DNA from: an uncultured Gammaproteobacteria bacterium | GTDB taxonomy: Bacteria > Patescibacteriota > Microgenomatia > UBA8517 | Direction: 5' to 3' | NCBI GenBank assembly: GCA_964617045.1 | Contig: CAZTVZ010000001.1 | Span: forward strand, 24,521-88,520 | DNA: 64,000 nt | Shown here: positions 37,958 to 47,747 of the stretch, in pieces | Numbering within the stretch: position 1 is the stretch's first letter | How the letters are laid out: every line of letters begins with the position of its first letter | Program-made: the position numbers and the translations under genes | The notes under the pieces: model-generated | The model's input: the letters and a program-made list of their open reading frames with translations, nothing else | Databases searched by the model: none | Told to the model about the DNA's origin: nothing

Positions 37958-39715
37958 ATGAGTAACGAACTTGAGCATTTGAGACATTCTACGGCACACT
38001 TGCTTGCTGCAGCCGTAACTTCGTTGTGGCCTAACGCCAAACCAACAATCGGACCCGTTATCGAACATGGTTTCTATTACGATTTTGACATGGGAGATGA
38101 AAAGATTACCAATGGGGATTTACCAAAGATTGAAGAAAAAATGAGAGAAATTATCTCTTCATGGAAGTCTATCGATGGGGAAGAGATCTCTGTCGAAAAA
38201 GCCAAAGACATTTTCAAAGACAATGAATACAAAATTGAATTGATTGAAGAATTTGAATCTGAAAAACTACCAATAACAATATACAAGTCAGGTGATTTTA
38301 TTGATTTATGCAGAGGGGGTCATGTTGATAATCCCCAGGAAATTAAACATTTTAAACTCATGTCTGTAGCCGGAGCGTATTGGAGAGGAAACGAGAAAAA
38401 CAAAATGCTTACCCGTATTTATGGAGTTTCCTTTTCAAGTAACGATGACTTGGAAAATCACTTACAAAGTCTGGAAGAAGCATCCGAATTTGATCACCGA
38501 AAAATTGGCAAGGATCTTAATTTATTTGTCTTTTCTGACATTATCGGCAAAGGTCTTCCCATGCTTACACCTCAAGGAGCGACAATCAGAAGAGTTTTGG
38601 AAAGATTTATTGTTGATGAAGAAATTAGAAGAGGATATCAACATGTTTACACCCCTCCTCTTGCAAAAACCGAACTATACAAAAAATCGGGACATTATCC
38701 TTATTACAAAAACACAATGTATCCTGTTATGAAAGTCGACGAGGAGGAGCTTATTCTTAGGCCCATGACGTGTCCTCATCACTTTATGCTCTATAAATCC
38801 GACTTACATAGCTACAAAGAACTTCCTTTAAGGATTGCCGAGATAGCTCCACAATTTAGATACGAAAAAAGTGGAGAGCTTACCGGACTTATAAGAGTAA
38901 GGATGTTCCATCTTGCCGATGCCCATATCTTTACATCACAAGAACAAGCCAAAGATGAAATAAAAAATGTTTTGGAACTTATTGATTTTGTAAATTCCAA
39001 AATGGGTCTCAAAAAGGGTGAAGATTATCGTTACAGGCTTTCTTTGGGTGATCGATCGGACAAAAACGAAAAATATTACAAGGATGATGAAGCTTGGGAA
39101 TATGCCGAAAATGTATTAAGGGAAGTATTAAGTGAATCCGATGTGCCATCCTTTGAAGCAAAAGGAGAAGCCGCATTTTACGGTCCGAAAATTGACGTTC
39201 AGGTAAAAAAGATAACTGGAAAGGAAGAAACAGCATTTACGGTACAGTATGACTTTGTAATGCCAAAGCGATTTGATCTTAAATATACCTCTGAAGACGG
39301 TAGCGAAAAGGAAGTTGTTGTTATCCATAGGGCCTCGATAGGTTGTCTGGAAAGAACAATTGCCTTCTTGCTCGAAAAATATCATGGAGCACTCCCTCTA
39401 TGGATGTCTCCAACACAAGTAGCCATTTTACCGATATCTGAAAAGCATACCAAGTATGCAATCCTTGTAAAGGAAAAGTTGGATGAAGTCGGTATTCGAT
39501 CTTTCTTTGACGACAGAAGCGAAACTTTACAAGCTAAAATAAGATCGGCGCAAATGAAAAAAATACCCTACATGTTAGTATTGGGTGACAGGGAGATGGA
39601 AGCACAAAAAGTTGCACCCAGGCACAGAATAAAAGGAAATCTGGATACAATGTCTATTGAAGAATTTGTGACTAAAATTGACAAGGAAAATAAGGAGATG
39701 TTGATAGAGGAATGA
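37958..39715 (+). CDS. thrS: Threonyl-tRNA synthetase (no TGS/N1 domain)
   Basis: RHSTAH, DLCRGGH, RPMTCPHH, AFYGPKID, anticodon-binding domain. Confidence 0.97.
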   Translation: MSNELEHLRHSTAHLLAAAVTSLWPNAKPTIGPVIEHGFYYDFDMGDEKITNGDLPKIEEKMREIISSWKSIDGEEISVEKAKDIFKDNEYKIELIEEFESEKLPITIYKSGDFIDLCRGGHVDNPQEIKHFKLMSVAGAYWRGNEKNKMLTRIYGVSFSSNDDLENHLQSLEEASEFDHRKIGKDLNLFVFSDIIGKGLPMLTPQGATIRRVLERFIVDEEIRRGYQHVYTPPLAKTELYKKSGHYPYYKNTMYPVMKVDEEELILRPMTCPHHFMLYKSDLHSYKELPLRIAEIAPQFRYEKSGELTGLIRVRMFHLADAHIFTSQEQAKDEIKNVLELIDFVNSKMGLKKGEDYRYRLSLGDRSDKNEKYYKDDEAWEYAENVLREVLSESDVPSFEAKGEAAFYGPKIDVQVKKITGKEETAFTVQYDFVMPKRFDLKYTSEDGSEKEVVVIHRASIGCLERTIAFLLEKYHGALPLWMSPTQVAILPISEKHTKYAILVKEKLDEVGIRSFFDDRSETLQAKIRSAQMKKIPYMLVLGDREMEAQKVAPRHRIKGNLDTMSIEEFVTKIDKENKEMLIEE

Positions 39716-39761
39716 TTCTCTTGAGCTCAAGGTCATATTCGGGTATAATTTACATCGTAAA

Positions 39762-40292
39762 TTGAAAACAGGAAACTTGAATTGGCGTGTAGACAGTGAA
39801 ATCCGTGCCCCGGAAGTCCGAGTAATCGACTCCGAAGGGAATCAACTGGGAGTAATGAAAACTCCAGATGCCATCAAGAAAGCCAACGAAACCGGGCTAA
39901 ATCTGGTCGAGATTGCACCAAATGCCGTTCCACCTGTAACTAAAATTATCGAAGTCGGTAAGTTTAAGTATCAGGAAGAAAAAAAGCAGAGGATGCAACA
40001 AAAAAAGGTAAAGGGAGGGGACGTAAAAGAAATAAGATTCTCTCCGTTTATCGCGGAAAACGACTTTAATACAAGAATGGAGCGTGTTAAGGAGTTTATC
40101 GACAACAGAGACAAGGTTAGGTTGGTTGTTGTTTTCAGAAGACAACAGTTGGGAAGCAAACAGTTTGGATATGATCTGTTTAAAAAGATTCTAACCGAAC
40201 TTGGAGACACGGTTTCCGTTGACATGGAACCCAAGTTTCTTGGAAAGAATTTAATAATGGGAATATCCCCATTAAGCAAGAAAAATGCCTAA
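39762..40292 (+). CDS. infC: Translation initiation factor IF-3 (TTG start)
   Basis: [24 protein letters not shown] motifs; thrS-infC-rpmI-rplT synteny. Confidence 0.95.
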   Translation: MKTGNLNWRVDSEIRAPEVRVIDSEGNQLGVMKTPDAIKKANETGLNLVEIAPNAVPPVTKIIEVGKFKYQEEKKQRMQQKKVKGGDVKEIRFSPFIAENDFNTRMERVKEFIDNRDKVRLVVVFRRQQLGSKQFGYDLFKKILTELGDTVSVDMEPKFLGKNLIMGISPLSKKNA

Positions 40293-40479
40293 ATCAAAAA
40301 CAAGAAAATCAGTTATAAGAAGATTCAAAGTCACACCTACAGGAAAGGTGCTACACAGACATGCTTTCAGAAGACATTTGAAAGCCAATAAAACCAAAAA
40401 ACAACTTGGCAATCTTAAAAGAGTTGCCGAGATGAAAGGCCAATTTGCTAAAAGAATAAGAAAGGCATTGGGAAAATAA
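40285..40479 (+). CDS. rpmI: 50S ribosomal protein bL35
   Basis: MPK.KT.KS..RRFKVT.TGK. Confidence 0.95.
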   Translation: MPKSKTRKSVIRRFKVTPTGKVLHRHAFRRHLKANKTKKQLGNLKRVAEMKGQFAKRIRKALGK

Positions 40480-40480
40480 A

Positions 40481-40822
40481 ATGGCAAGAGTAAAATCACC
40501 ATCAGCAATTAAACACAGAAAAATTCTTAAACAGGTTAAGGGTTTTAAGCAAAGCAGGAGAAAGAGAATCCAAACAGCCATGGAGGCAAGACTTCATTCA
40601 ATGCAGTATGCATATGAAGGAAGAAAACTCAAGAAAAGAGACTTGAGAGCCTTATGGATTATTAGAATAAATGCTGCAGTCAGAAAGTTTGATCTATCAT
40701 ATTCTAAATTTATCAAGCTACTTAAAGAGTCCAAAGTTGAAATCGATAGGAAAATATTGTCTGATATTGCCGCCAAGGACCCATCTACTTTCGAAAAAGT
40801 AGTTAATTCAGTAAAGAAATGA
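40481..40822 (+). CDS. rplT: 50S ribosomal protein bL20
   Basis: MARVK, R.LWI.RINAA, IDRKILS. Confidence 0.97.
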   Translation: MARVKSPSAIKHRKILKQVKGFKQSRRKRIQTAMEARLHSMQYAYEGRKLKKRDLRALWIIRINAAVRKFDLSYSKFIKLLKESKVEIDRKILSDIAAKDPSTFEKVVNSVKK

Positions 40823-40863
40823 TAACCTTTTTCTCCGGACTTAAATTCTTTAGAATAGAATAA
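40819..40863 (+). CDS. Phe-rich leader peptide [14 protein letters not shown] (pheM-like) of the pheST attenuator
   Basis: ATG overlaps rplT TGA; two FF doublets; sits on attenuator hairpins. Confidence 0.8.
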   Translation: MITFFSGLKFFRIE

Positions 40864-40910
40864 GTTTGTGGAGAAATAATTTTATTAGCTCTCCACAGGA
40901 GAGCTTTTTT
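40830..40910 (+). promoter_or_regulatory. Transcription attenuator (anti-antiterminator, antiterminator, terminator) upstream of pheS
   Basis: 1:2 TTTCTCC/GGAGAAA plus GACTTA/TAAGTT; 2:3 TGTGGAGA/TCTCCACA; 3:4 AGCTCTCC/GGAGAGCT plus U-tract. Confidence 0.8.
40887..40910 (+). terminator. Intrinsic terminator (3:4 hairpin of the attenuator)
   Basis: AGCTCTCC-ACA-GGAGAGCT-TTTTT, ending 5 nt before pheS ATG. Confidence 0.85.
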
Positions 40911-40915
40911 CGTAT

Positions 40916-41941
40916 ATGAGAGAAGAATTAATAAATATTAAAAATGAGGCAATGGCTCAAATTATGGAAGCAAAGTCTTCCCAGGAGCTGGAAACATTAA
41001 GGATCAACTATCTCGGAAGAAACGGGAAGATAAATGAAATACTTAAAAATATTAAGGATGTTAAACCTGAAGATAGAGTAGAGATAGGCAAACTTGTTAA
41101 TGAAGTAAAAAATACTATATCGCTTCTTCTCGCAGAGCAAGATAATAAATTCACCGAAAGCGTAAGGGATTGGTTCGACACATCGGTGCCCGGTATCAAA
41201 CCCAAAATTGGAAAAATCCATTTGGTAACAAAAGCAATTAGAGAAATATCTAAATTATTTGAGGATATTGGATTCGTAAGATCCCGATACCCGGAGGTTG
41301 AATGGGATTATTTTGCTTTTTCTGCATTAAACATGCCCAAAGAACATGCGGCCAGGGACGAATGGGAAACTTTTTTTGTGGATGTTAAGGAAAATCCAAA
41401 ATACGGAAAGATGGTTTTAACTCCCCACACATCTTCCGGACAAATCAGGGAAATGTTTAGAGTAAAAAAACCTCCGATAAGAATGATAAACATTGCAAAA
41501 ACTTACAGAAGGCAACTGGACGTGTCTCATAACCAAATGTTCCATCAATTTGAAGGGCTTGTCGTTGACGAAGGAATCAACATAACCCACCTTAAAGGGA
41601 CACTGGATTATTTTGCCAAGAACTTTTTTGGTGAAAAAAGAACTACGCGACTTAGACCTTATCATTTCCAATTTACCGAACCGTCATTTGAAGTTGATAT
41701 CTCCTGCGGACTATGTGACGGAAAGGGGTGCAAATTTTGCAAATCCGGTTGGCTGGAGCTTGGTGGCGCTGGTATGGTTCACCCTAATGTTTTAAAAGAA
41801 TGCGGAATTGACCCAAACAAATACTCGGGTTTTGCATTTGGTTGGGGAGTGGAAAGAACCTTTATGATGAAATCGGGGCTTAAGATCGATGATATAAGAA
41901 AATTATATGGTGCTGATATTAGATTCCTAAAACAATTTTAA
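40916..41941 (+). CDS. pheS: Phenylalanyl-tRNA synthetase alpha subunit
   Basis: H.ARD..ETF, HTS..Q, F.QFEG, FQFTEPS, GFAFG.GVER. Confidence 0.97.
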   Translation: MREELINIKNEAMAQIMEAKSSQELETLRINYLGRNGKINEILKNIKDVKPEDRVEIGKLVNEVKNTISLLLAEQDNKFTESVRDWFDTSVPGIKPKIGKIHLVTKAIREISKLFEDIGFVRSRYPEVEWDYFAFSALNMPKEHAARDEWETFFVDVKENPKYGKMVLTPHTSSGQIREMFRVKKPPIRMINIAKTYRRQLDVSHNQMFHQFEGLVVDEGINITHLKGTLDYFAKNFFGEKRTTRLRPYHFQFTEPSFEVDISCGLCDGKGCKFCKSGWLELGGAGMVHPNVLKECGIDPNKYSGFAFGWGVERTFMMKSGLKIDDIRKLYGADIRFLKQF

Positions 41942-41942
41942 T

Positions 41943-43886
41943 ATGGACATAAAAATTCCTGACAAATGGTTAAGAGAGCATCTTGAAACAAACGCCAAGC
42001 CGGATGATATTGCAAGATGTTTGTCTCTATGCGGCCCTTCTGTAGAAAAGGTTGATGAAACAAAACATGGAATTGTATATAACATTGAAGTTACGGGGAA
42101 TAGAATTGATTCAGCGTCCGTATATGGAATAGCAAGAGAGGCGGCTGTAATACTTCCCAGATTTGGTTACAAAGCTAAACTTAAACCTCTTCCTAAAATA
42201 AAGATAAAGACATCTAAAAAAGTAGATTATCTTACCACTATTGTAAACTCCAGACTTTGCCCAAGGTTTAGCATGATACTAATTAAGGACGTAAAAATAT
42301 CCGATTCGCCGCCTGATATGGTAGAAATGATTTCCGCTTGCGGTGGAAGGGGAATCAATAATGTCGTTGATATTAGCAACTACTTAATGTTTGAATACGG
42401 CCAACCCCTACACACATTCGATTACGACAAGATTAAGGATTCTTTGATGATGCTTAGAGAAAGCAAAAAGGGAGAAAGCATTTTTACTCTCGATGGAGTA
42501 AAACGAACTCTTCCCGGAGGAGATATGGTAATCGAAGACGGGTCGGGCAAGTTGATTGATCTTTGCGGAATCATGGGTGGTAAGCTGTCAGCAGTCGATA
42601 AAAACACAAAAAATGTACTTATATATGTACAGTCATATAATCCATCCTATGTAAGGAGGACTTCCATGTCTCTAGCCCACAGAACTGATGCTTCTGTGTT
42701 GTTTGAAAAAGGACTTAATCCCGAATCGGTTACTCTAACCATTCAGGAATCCATTAGATTATTTGAAAAGTTTACTGGCGGTAAAGCAGATCCTAGTATT
42801 CTTGATGTTTATCCTAATCCGTGGAAAGCAAAATCGATAAGACTTAGGTTTGATAAGGTGCAAAAAGTACTCGGAATTGATATTGAAGAAAGACAGATTA
42901 AATCAATTTTAGAAAGCCTAGGATTTAGCATTTCGGGTAGTAATCCCATGGATGTAAAAATTCCTTCGTACCGTGATAACGATATATCTATCGAAGAAGA
43001 TTTGATTGAGGAAATTGCCAGAATTTACGGTTACCATAATATCTCCAGTCAGTTAATGCATACTGCAATACCCACAGAAAATCGAAATGGCATATTTGCT
43101 TTTGAGAATTATGTAAAGGATATTATTAAAGGGTACGGTGGAATTGAGGTATACACATTAACTTTAGTTTCCGAAAAGGATGTTGTTGGTAAAGCATACA
43201 AACTCAAAAATCCTCTTGGTAAAGACGCTGAATACTTAAGAACTTCAATGTTGCCCTCTTTGATGTTGGCAAAAAAAGAAAACCGTAATATTAATGACGA
43301 GTATCACTTGTTTGAAATTTCAAATATTTATTTACCTGTTGAAAGCGAACTGCCTCAAGAAAAATCTGTTCTTGCCGGAATAATTGAAAATTCTGAATAC
43401 CGTCACGCAAAGGGAATTATCGAAGCCTTACTTACAGAATTAAATATTTCATACGAATTCATTGAGGAAGAAATGCCGCTATTTGCACCTGGTATGGGTT
43501 TAAAAATAATGTGCGGAAAAGAAAAACTAGGTATTTTCGGTATAACCGAGCAAGGTGACTTCTATTACGAGTTTGACACTAAAACATTATTTAACAATTA
43601 TTCGCTTGTTGGAAAATATTCACCGAACTCAAAGTTCCCATCACAGATTGAGGATATTACTTTTACCTTACCGGAAAAAACAAGGATCGGTGATGTCATT
43701 ACTCAAATATCTCAACGCGCAAAAGAAATTGTTTCAGTTGTACTAAAAGAAGTATACGAAAACTCGTTTACGTTTAGAGTCGAATACCAGAGCATGGAAA
43801 AAACTTTGGAAAACAAAGATGTTGAAAAAATCAGAAGCAATATCATATCAGCAATAGAAAAAAAGTTCGGTGGCAAAGTAAAATAA
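41943..43886 (+). CDS. pheT: Phenylalanyl-tRNA synthetase beta subunit (lacks B2 OB-fold)
   Basis: NRID, NNVVDISNY, GQPLH.FD, DLIEEIARIYGY, FDX anticodon-binding domain. Confidence 0.95.
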   Translation: MDIKIPDKWLREHLETNAKPDDIARCLSLCGPSVEKVDETKHGIVYNIEVTGNRIDSASVYGIAREAAVILPRFGYKAKLKPLPKIKIKTSKKVDYLTTIVNSRLCPRFSMILIKDVKISDSPPDMVEMISACGGRGINNVVDISNYLMFEYGQPLHTFDYDKIKDSLMMLRESKKGESIFTLDGVKRTLPGGDMVIEDGSGKLIDLCGIMGGKLSAVDKNTKNVLIYVQSYNPSYVRRTSMSLAHRTDASVLFEKGLNPESVTLTIQESIRLFEKFTGGKADPSILDVYPNPWKAKSIRLRFDKVQKVLGIDIEERQIKSILESLGFSISGSNPMDVKIPSYRDNDISIEEDLIEEIARIYGYHNISSQLMHTAIPTENRNGIFAFENYVKDIIKGYGGIEVYTLTLVSEKDVVGKAYKLKNPLGKDAEYLRTSMLPSLMLAKKENRNINDEYHLFEISNIYLPVESELPQEKSVLAGIIENSEYRHAKGIIEALLTELNISYEFIEEEMPLFAPGMGLKIMCGKEKLGIFGITEQGDFYYEFDTKTLFNNYSLVGKYSPNSKFPSQIEDITFTLPEKTRIGDVITQISQRAKEIVSVVLKEVYENSFTFRVEYQSMEKTLENKDVEKIRSNIISAIEKKFGGKVK

Positions 43887-46445
43887 TTAAGGAGTGGGGG
43901 TAGGAGTTGGTGTAATATCCCATGCTACGTTAACACCAATTCTAATCATACTTTCAGCCTCATGGTTATCTTTATCCCATGCTTTTACTTTTAACTGATG
44001 TGCTCCATCACTAACCCCAGAAAAACTATGTTCAAAAGGTGGTCCGTCAAAACTTCTAACTTTACTATTGTCCAAATACAATTCGACTTTTGTTACATCT
44101 GATGTCGAATCTGCAAAAAACTTGGCTGTGAAATTATTGCCGAGGTTTGATGTCTGATCTGTCGGATTGGAAAAACCGGTGTTTAAGGGATTTTGAGTAC
44201 CACAATATTCGCTTGGAGGCTTATACCTGGAATCGGATTGGGTATTAATCCAATTCAGTATTCCTTCCTGCCATCTGTTTGGCTTACCCGCACCTGCCGT
44301 AGGATCTTCCTCTTTAAAGACAAAATATTCTTTCTCTTCATAGTCACCTCTGTTGATATCTGCAGGTGTGGCTAGTTTTCCGTCTTGTTTACAAACCTTG
44401 AGCTTTACGTGCACAGGATCGTTACCCGGCTCTGTGCCTTGAATAAACTTTTCAGTTCTTGCGGCAAACCCGTCGTGCGCTCGATATCCGGATACGGAAT
44501 CAACAGAAGCAGTTATTATCCTTCCTGGTGTTTCAAATCCAATGTTTGGTTTACCTGATAATGCCTCAACGGTTATTCTTCTCCAGATAGGGGATGCTCC
44601 CGAGATACCGGAGGCAACTGATTTCATCGGAGAGTTGTCGTTGTTTCCAACCCAAACTCCAACAACAATCTGTGTGTTTCCACCTATTGCCCAGTTATCT
44701 CTGCGGTCATTGGTTGTACCGGTTTTAACACCCACCGTTCTTCCGGGAATATTAAGGAGTGAATTGGGTCCGAAGACTGTTTCTCTGGCTTTATTATCAG
44801 AGAGAATGTCGGCCATTAAATAAGCTTGTTCTTCAGTTAGAACTCTCTTTTTCTTTTCTGGTTTAACTTCTTCAAGTACTTTTCCGTCGGCATCTTCGAC
44901 CTTAAGTATCGCTGTGGGTTCAATCCGATAACCTTTGTTAAAGAATGCCGCATATGCAGCTGTTATCTCGGACAGCTTAACCTCACCACCACCCAGCGTT
45001 AACGACAACCCTACACGGCTTAACGTTTCCTGTGTTGGAGGTAGAGAATTTATACCAAGATCGTATGCAGTTTGAAGGGTATCCTTTATTCCTACAAGAG
45101 CGAGCATTTTAACAGCAGGTATGTTTAGAGAATTGCCCAATGCATATCTTAATTGAACCGGACCCCTGTATTTCCCGTCGTAATTAACTGGTTTGTAATC
45201 CGGTTGGCCCGCACCTCCGGGGAAGACAGTCTCGACATCCATAATTAAAGTCGATGGTGTGTATCCTTCTTTAAGTGCCGTTACATATGTAATTGGCTTA
45301 AAAGACGATCCGGGCTGTCTTAATGATTGAGTTACATTTACTTGCCCATCGTAATCATCGGCGGCAAAGTTTTTGGATCCAACCATTGCAAGAATTTCTC
45401 CTGTTTGAGGGTCGTATGCAATTGCTGCACCATTTGTAATATTTTGAGATTCGACTTTGGCAATTTCTTCTGAAACTATAGATTGTGCTTTTTCCTGCAA
45501 TTCCAAATCGAGAGTTGTTGTTACTTTTAAACCTCCTTGTTCTATCGCTGCTTCTCCGTACCTTTCCTCAAGTATTCCTTGTACATATTGGACAAAATGT
45601 GGTGCTTTGAAAGAAGCTCCTTTTGGTTGAAAAACAACCGTATCCAATTCACTTTTTGCCTGTTCTTCCTGTTCTTTCGTTATATAGTCATCCTCACGCA
45701 TTCTTCTTAAGACCTCTTGAGTTCTTCCGATATATGCCTTTGGATTACTGGAATAGGGAGAATAATAGGAGGGTCTTTGAGGCATTCCCGCAAGTATGGC
45801 CGACTCAACAAGTGTCAGATCTTTTGCACTTTTTCCAAAATAGGTTTCGGCTGCAGTTTCAACACCCCATGCCGTTCCTCCATAGGGAGCTTCGTTTAGG
45901 TACATTTGCAGTATTTCGTCTTTGGTATATTTTCTTTCTATTTGGACTGCCAAAATGAATTCTTTTGCTTTTCTTATCAATGATCGTTCGGATGTAAGCA
46001 GAACATTTTTAACAAGTTGCTGGGTAAGCGTTGATCCACCCTGAGCTCTTCCCGCAGTAAAAAGTCGGGTGAATCCACGAATTATTCCCAGTGGATCAAA
46101 ACCTTGATGTGAATAGAAATTTTTATCTTCTATCGCAATCGTTGCTTGTCTCAAATAAACGGGTATTTCTGTAAGTGGTATTGCAGTTCTTCTTTGGTCG
46201 ATAAAAATGTCGTATAAGACTTTTCCGTTACGATCAAGGATCTTGGTGGAAAAACCCTCTCTTCTAACTACATTGTCCGGAGTGGGAAGGTTAAAAGACA
46301 TTAAAGGAACAACAACAAATGAAGCGATAATTAGTACGATTACTCCGATAAAGCCGTACTTTGCTAATTTGAATATGAGTTGACTATTCTTAAATCCCGG
46401 TCTTCGTGCGATTATCCTTCGTCTTCTGTATTTATCCCTCCACAT
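43887..46445 (-). CDS. Class A penicillin-binding protein (PBP1A family) with C-terminal Ig-like domain
   Basis: EDKNFYSH, GGSTLTQQLVKN; S..K (GSSFKP), SLN, KTGT. Confidence 0.95.
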   Translation of the reverse strand: MWRDKYRRRRIIARRPGFKNSQLIFKLAKYGFIGVIVLIIASFVVVPLMSFNLPTPDNVVRREGFSTKILDRNGKVLYDIFIDQRRTAIPLTEIPVYLRQATIAIEDKNFYSHQGFDPLGIIRGFTRLFTAGRAQGGSTLTQQLVKNVLLTSERSLIRKAKEFILAVQIERKYTKDEILQMYLNEAPYGGTAWGVETAAETYFGKSAKDLTLVESAILAGMPQRPSYYSPYSSNPKAYIGRTQEVLRRMREDDYITKEQEEQAKSELDTVVFQPKGASFKAPHFVQYVQGILEERYGEAAIEQGGLKVTTTLDLELQEKAQSIVSEEIAKVESQNITNGAAIAYDPQTGEILAMVGSKNFAADDYDGQVNVTQSLRQPGSSFKPITYVTALKEGYTPSTLIMDVETVFPGGAGQPDYKPVNYDGKYRGPVQLRYALGNSLNIPAVKMLALVGIKDTLQTAYDLGINSLPPTQETLSRVGLSLTLGGGEVKLSEITAAYAAFFNKGYRIEPTAILKVEDADGKVLEEVKPEKKKRVLTEEQAYLMADILSDNKARETVFGPNSLLNIPGRTVGVKTGTTNDRRDNWAIGGNTQIVVGVWVGNNDNSPMKSVASGISGASPIWRRITVEALSGKPNIGFETPGRIITASVDSVSGYRAHDGFAARTEKFIQGTEPGNDPVHVKLKVCKQDGKLATPADINRGDYEEKEYFVFKEEDPTAGAGKPNRWQEGILNWINTQSDSRYKPPSEYCGTQNPLNTGFSNPTDQTSNLGNNFTAKFFADSTSDVTKVELYLDNSKVRSFDGPPFEHSFSGVSDGAHQLKVKAWDKDNHEAESMIRIGVNVAWDITPTPTPTP

Positions 46446-46491
46446 ACTTACTTGTCATTGTATCAAAACAAGCCTAAAATGTGTAATAAGA

Positions 46492-47646
46492 ATGAATAAT
46501 ATTGACGAAATACTAACAAGAGGGGTGGAAATGATTATGCCTTCGAAAGACGGCCTTAAATCATTAATGGAGAAGGGGAAAATTAAACTTTACCAAGGCT
46601 TCGATCCTTCAATGCCCAGCTTACATTTGGGTAATTTTGTTGGGTTAATGAAATTAAGACAATTTCAAAAATTAGGTCACGAAGTTATATTCCTCGTCGG
46701 TGATTTTACCGGAATGATCGGAGATCCTACAGACAAAGCTTCCGCAAGAAAACAGTTAACCAGAGAGGATGTTTTGAAAAACTGTGAATCATGGAAAGCA
46801 CAAGCCGGTAAAATATTGGATTTTCAAGGTGATAATCCTGCAAAAATACTATTCAACTCCGAATGGTCGGACAAGGTAAGCTTCAAAGATTTAATTGAAA
46901 TTACTTCAAACTTTACTGTTCAACAAATGATTGAGAGAGATATGTTCCAGGAGAGAATAAAAAATAAAAAACCTATCTATCTACATGAATTTTTATATCC
47001 TGTTGCTCAAGGATATGATTCGGTTGTAATGGATGTAGATCTTGAAGTGGGGGGGTCGGATCAAATGTTCAATATGATGGCGGGAAGGGATTTGATGAAA
47101 TCAATGAAAGGAAAAGAGAAATTTGTTTTAGGCACCAAGCTTCTTGTCGATAAAGATGGAAACAAAGTTGGAAAAACAACCGGAAATGCTCTCTTTCTTG
47201 ATTCTACTCCCGAAAAGTTTTTTGCAGGAATTATGTCTTTTCCTGACGAAGTGCTACTTATTTCTTACGAGCTCTTGACCGAGCTCCCCATGGAAGGAAT
47301 AAAGGAAAAAATTAGTAATGATCCAATGAAAGCAAAGAAAGATCTTGCTTTTGAAATTGTAAAGTTTCTCTGGGGCGAAGAAGCTGCAGTAAAGGGACAG
47401 AATTATTTTCAAAAAACCTTCCAGGACAAAATGCCTTCTTTTGATATAAGAGTCACATCCGGAGGATCAATCGCTTCGACAATAGCACCATTTACTTCAA
47501 ATTCAAGCATGAGCGAAGCAAAAAGATTGATTGCTCAAGGAGCAGTAGATATAAATGGTTTAACGGTAAATGATCATTCAACCATAATTAATAAGGGCGA
47601 TGAGATTAAGGTTGGAAAAACAACTTTTCTGAAAGCAACAAAATGA
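46492..47646 (+). CDS. tyrS: Tyrosyl-tRNA synthetase
   Basis: GFDPS..SLHLGN, GG.DQ.FN, KVGKT, C-terminal S4 domain. Confidence 0.97.
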   Translation: MNNIDEILTRGVEMIMPSKDGLKSLMEKGKIKLYQGFDPSMPSLHLGNFVGLMKLRQFQKLGHEVIFLVGDFTGMIGDPTDKASARKQLTREDVLKNCESWKAQAGKILDFQGDNPAKILFNSEWSDKVSFKDLIEITSNFTVQQMIERDMFQERIKNKKPIYLHEFLYPVAQGYDSVVMDVDLEVGGSDQMFNMMAGRDLMKSMKGKEKFVLGTKLLVDKDGNKVGKTTGNALFLDSTPEKFFAGIMSFPDEVLLISYELLTELPMEGIKEKISNDPMKAKKDLAFEIVKFLWGEEAAVKGQNYFQKTFQDKMPSFDIRVTSGGSIASTIAPFTSNSSMSEAKRLIAQGAVDINGLTVNDHSTIINKGDEIKVGKTTFLKATK

Positions 47647-47744
47647 TACTTACAAGAAAGCAAAAGAAATTTGTCACTATCGTAATTATGATTGCAGGAA
47701 TTGCTCTTGTTTTAAGTTCTTTCCTTCCCTTCCTTATATACTAA
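47643..47744 (+). CDS. 33-aa single-TM microprotein MILTRKQKKFVTIVIMIAGIALVLSSFLPFLIY
   Basis: ATGA overlap with tyrS; stop 3 nt before recG ATG; basic N-terminus plus TM. Confidence 0.72.
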   Translation: MILTRKQKKFVTIVIMIAGIALVLSSFLPFLIY

Positions 47745-47747
47745 ACA

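Noticed and set aside
39738-39753. TTCGG upstream of infC (and at about 34879) as a LexA site
   Set aside because: Single half-site with no partner at 11-bp spacing.
43890-43915. TPTPTPTP repeat at the PBP C-terminus
   Set aside because: Ordinary low-complexity Pro/Thr tail, not a perfect DNA repeat.
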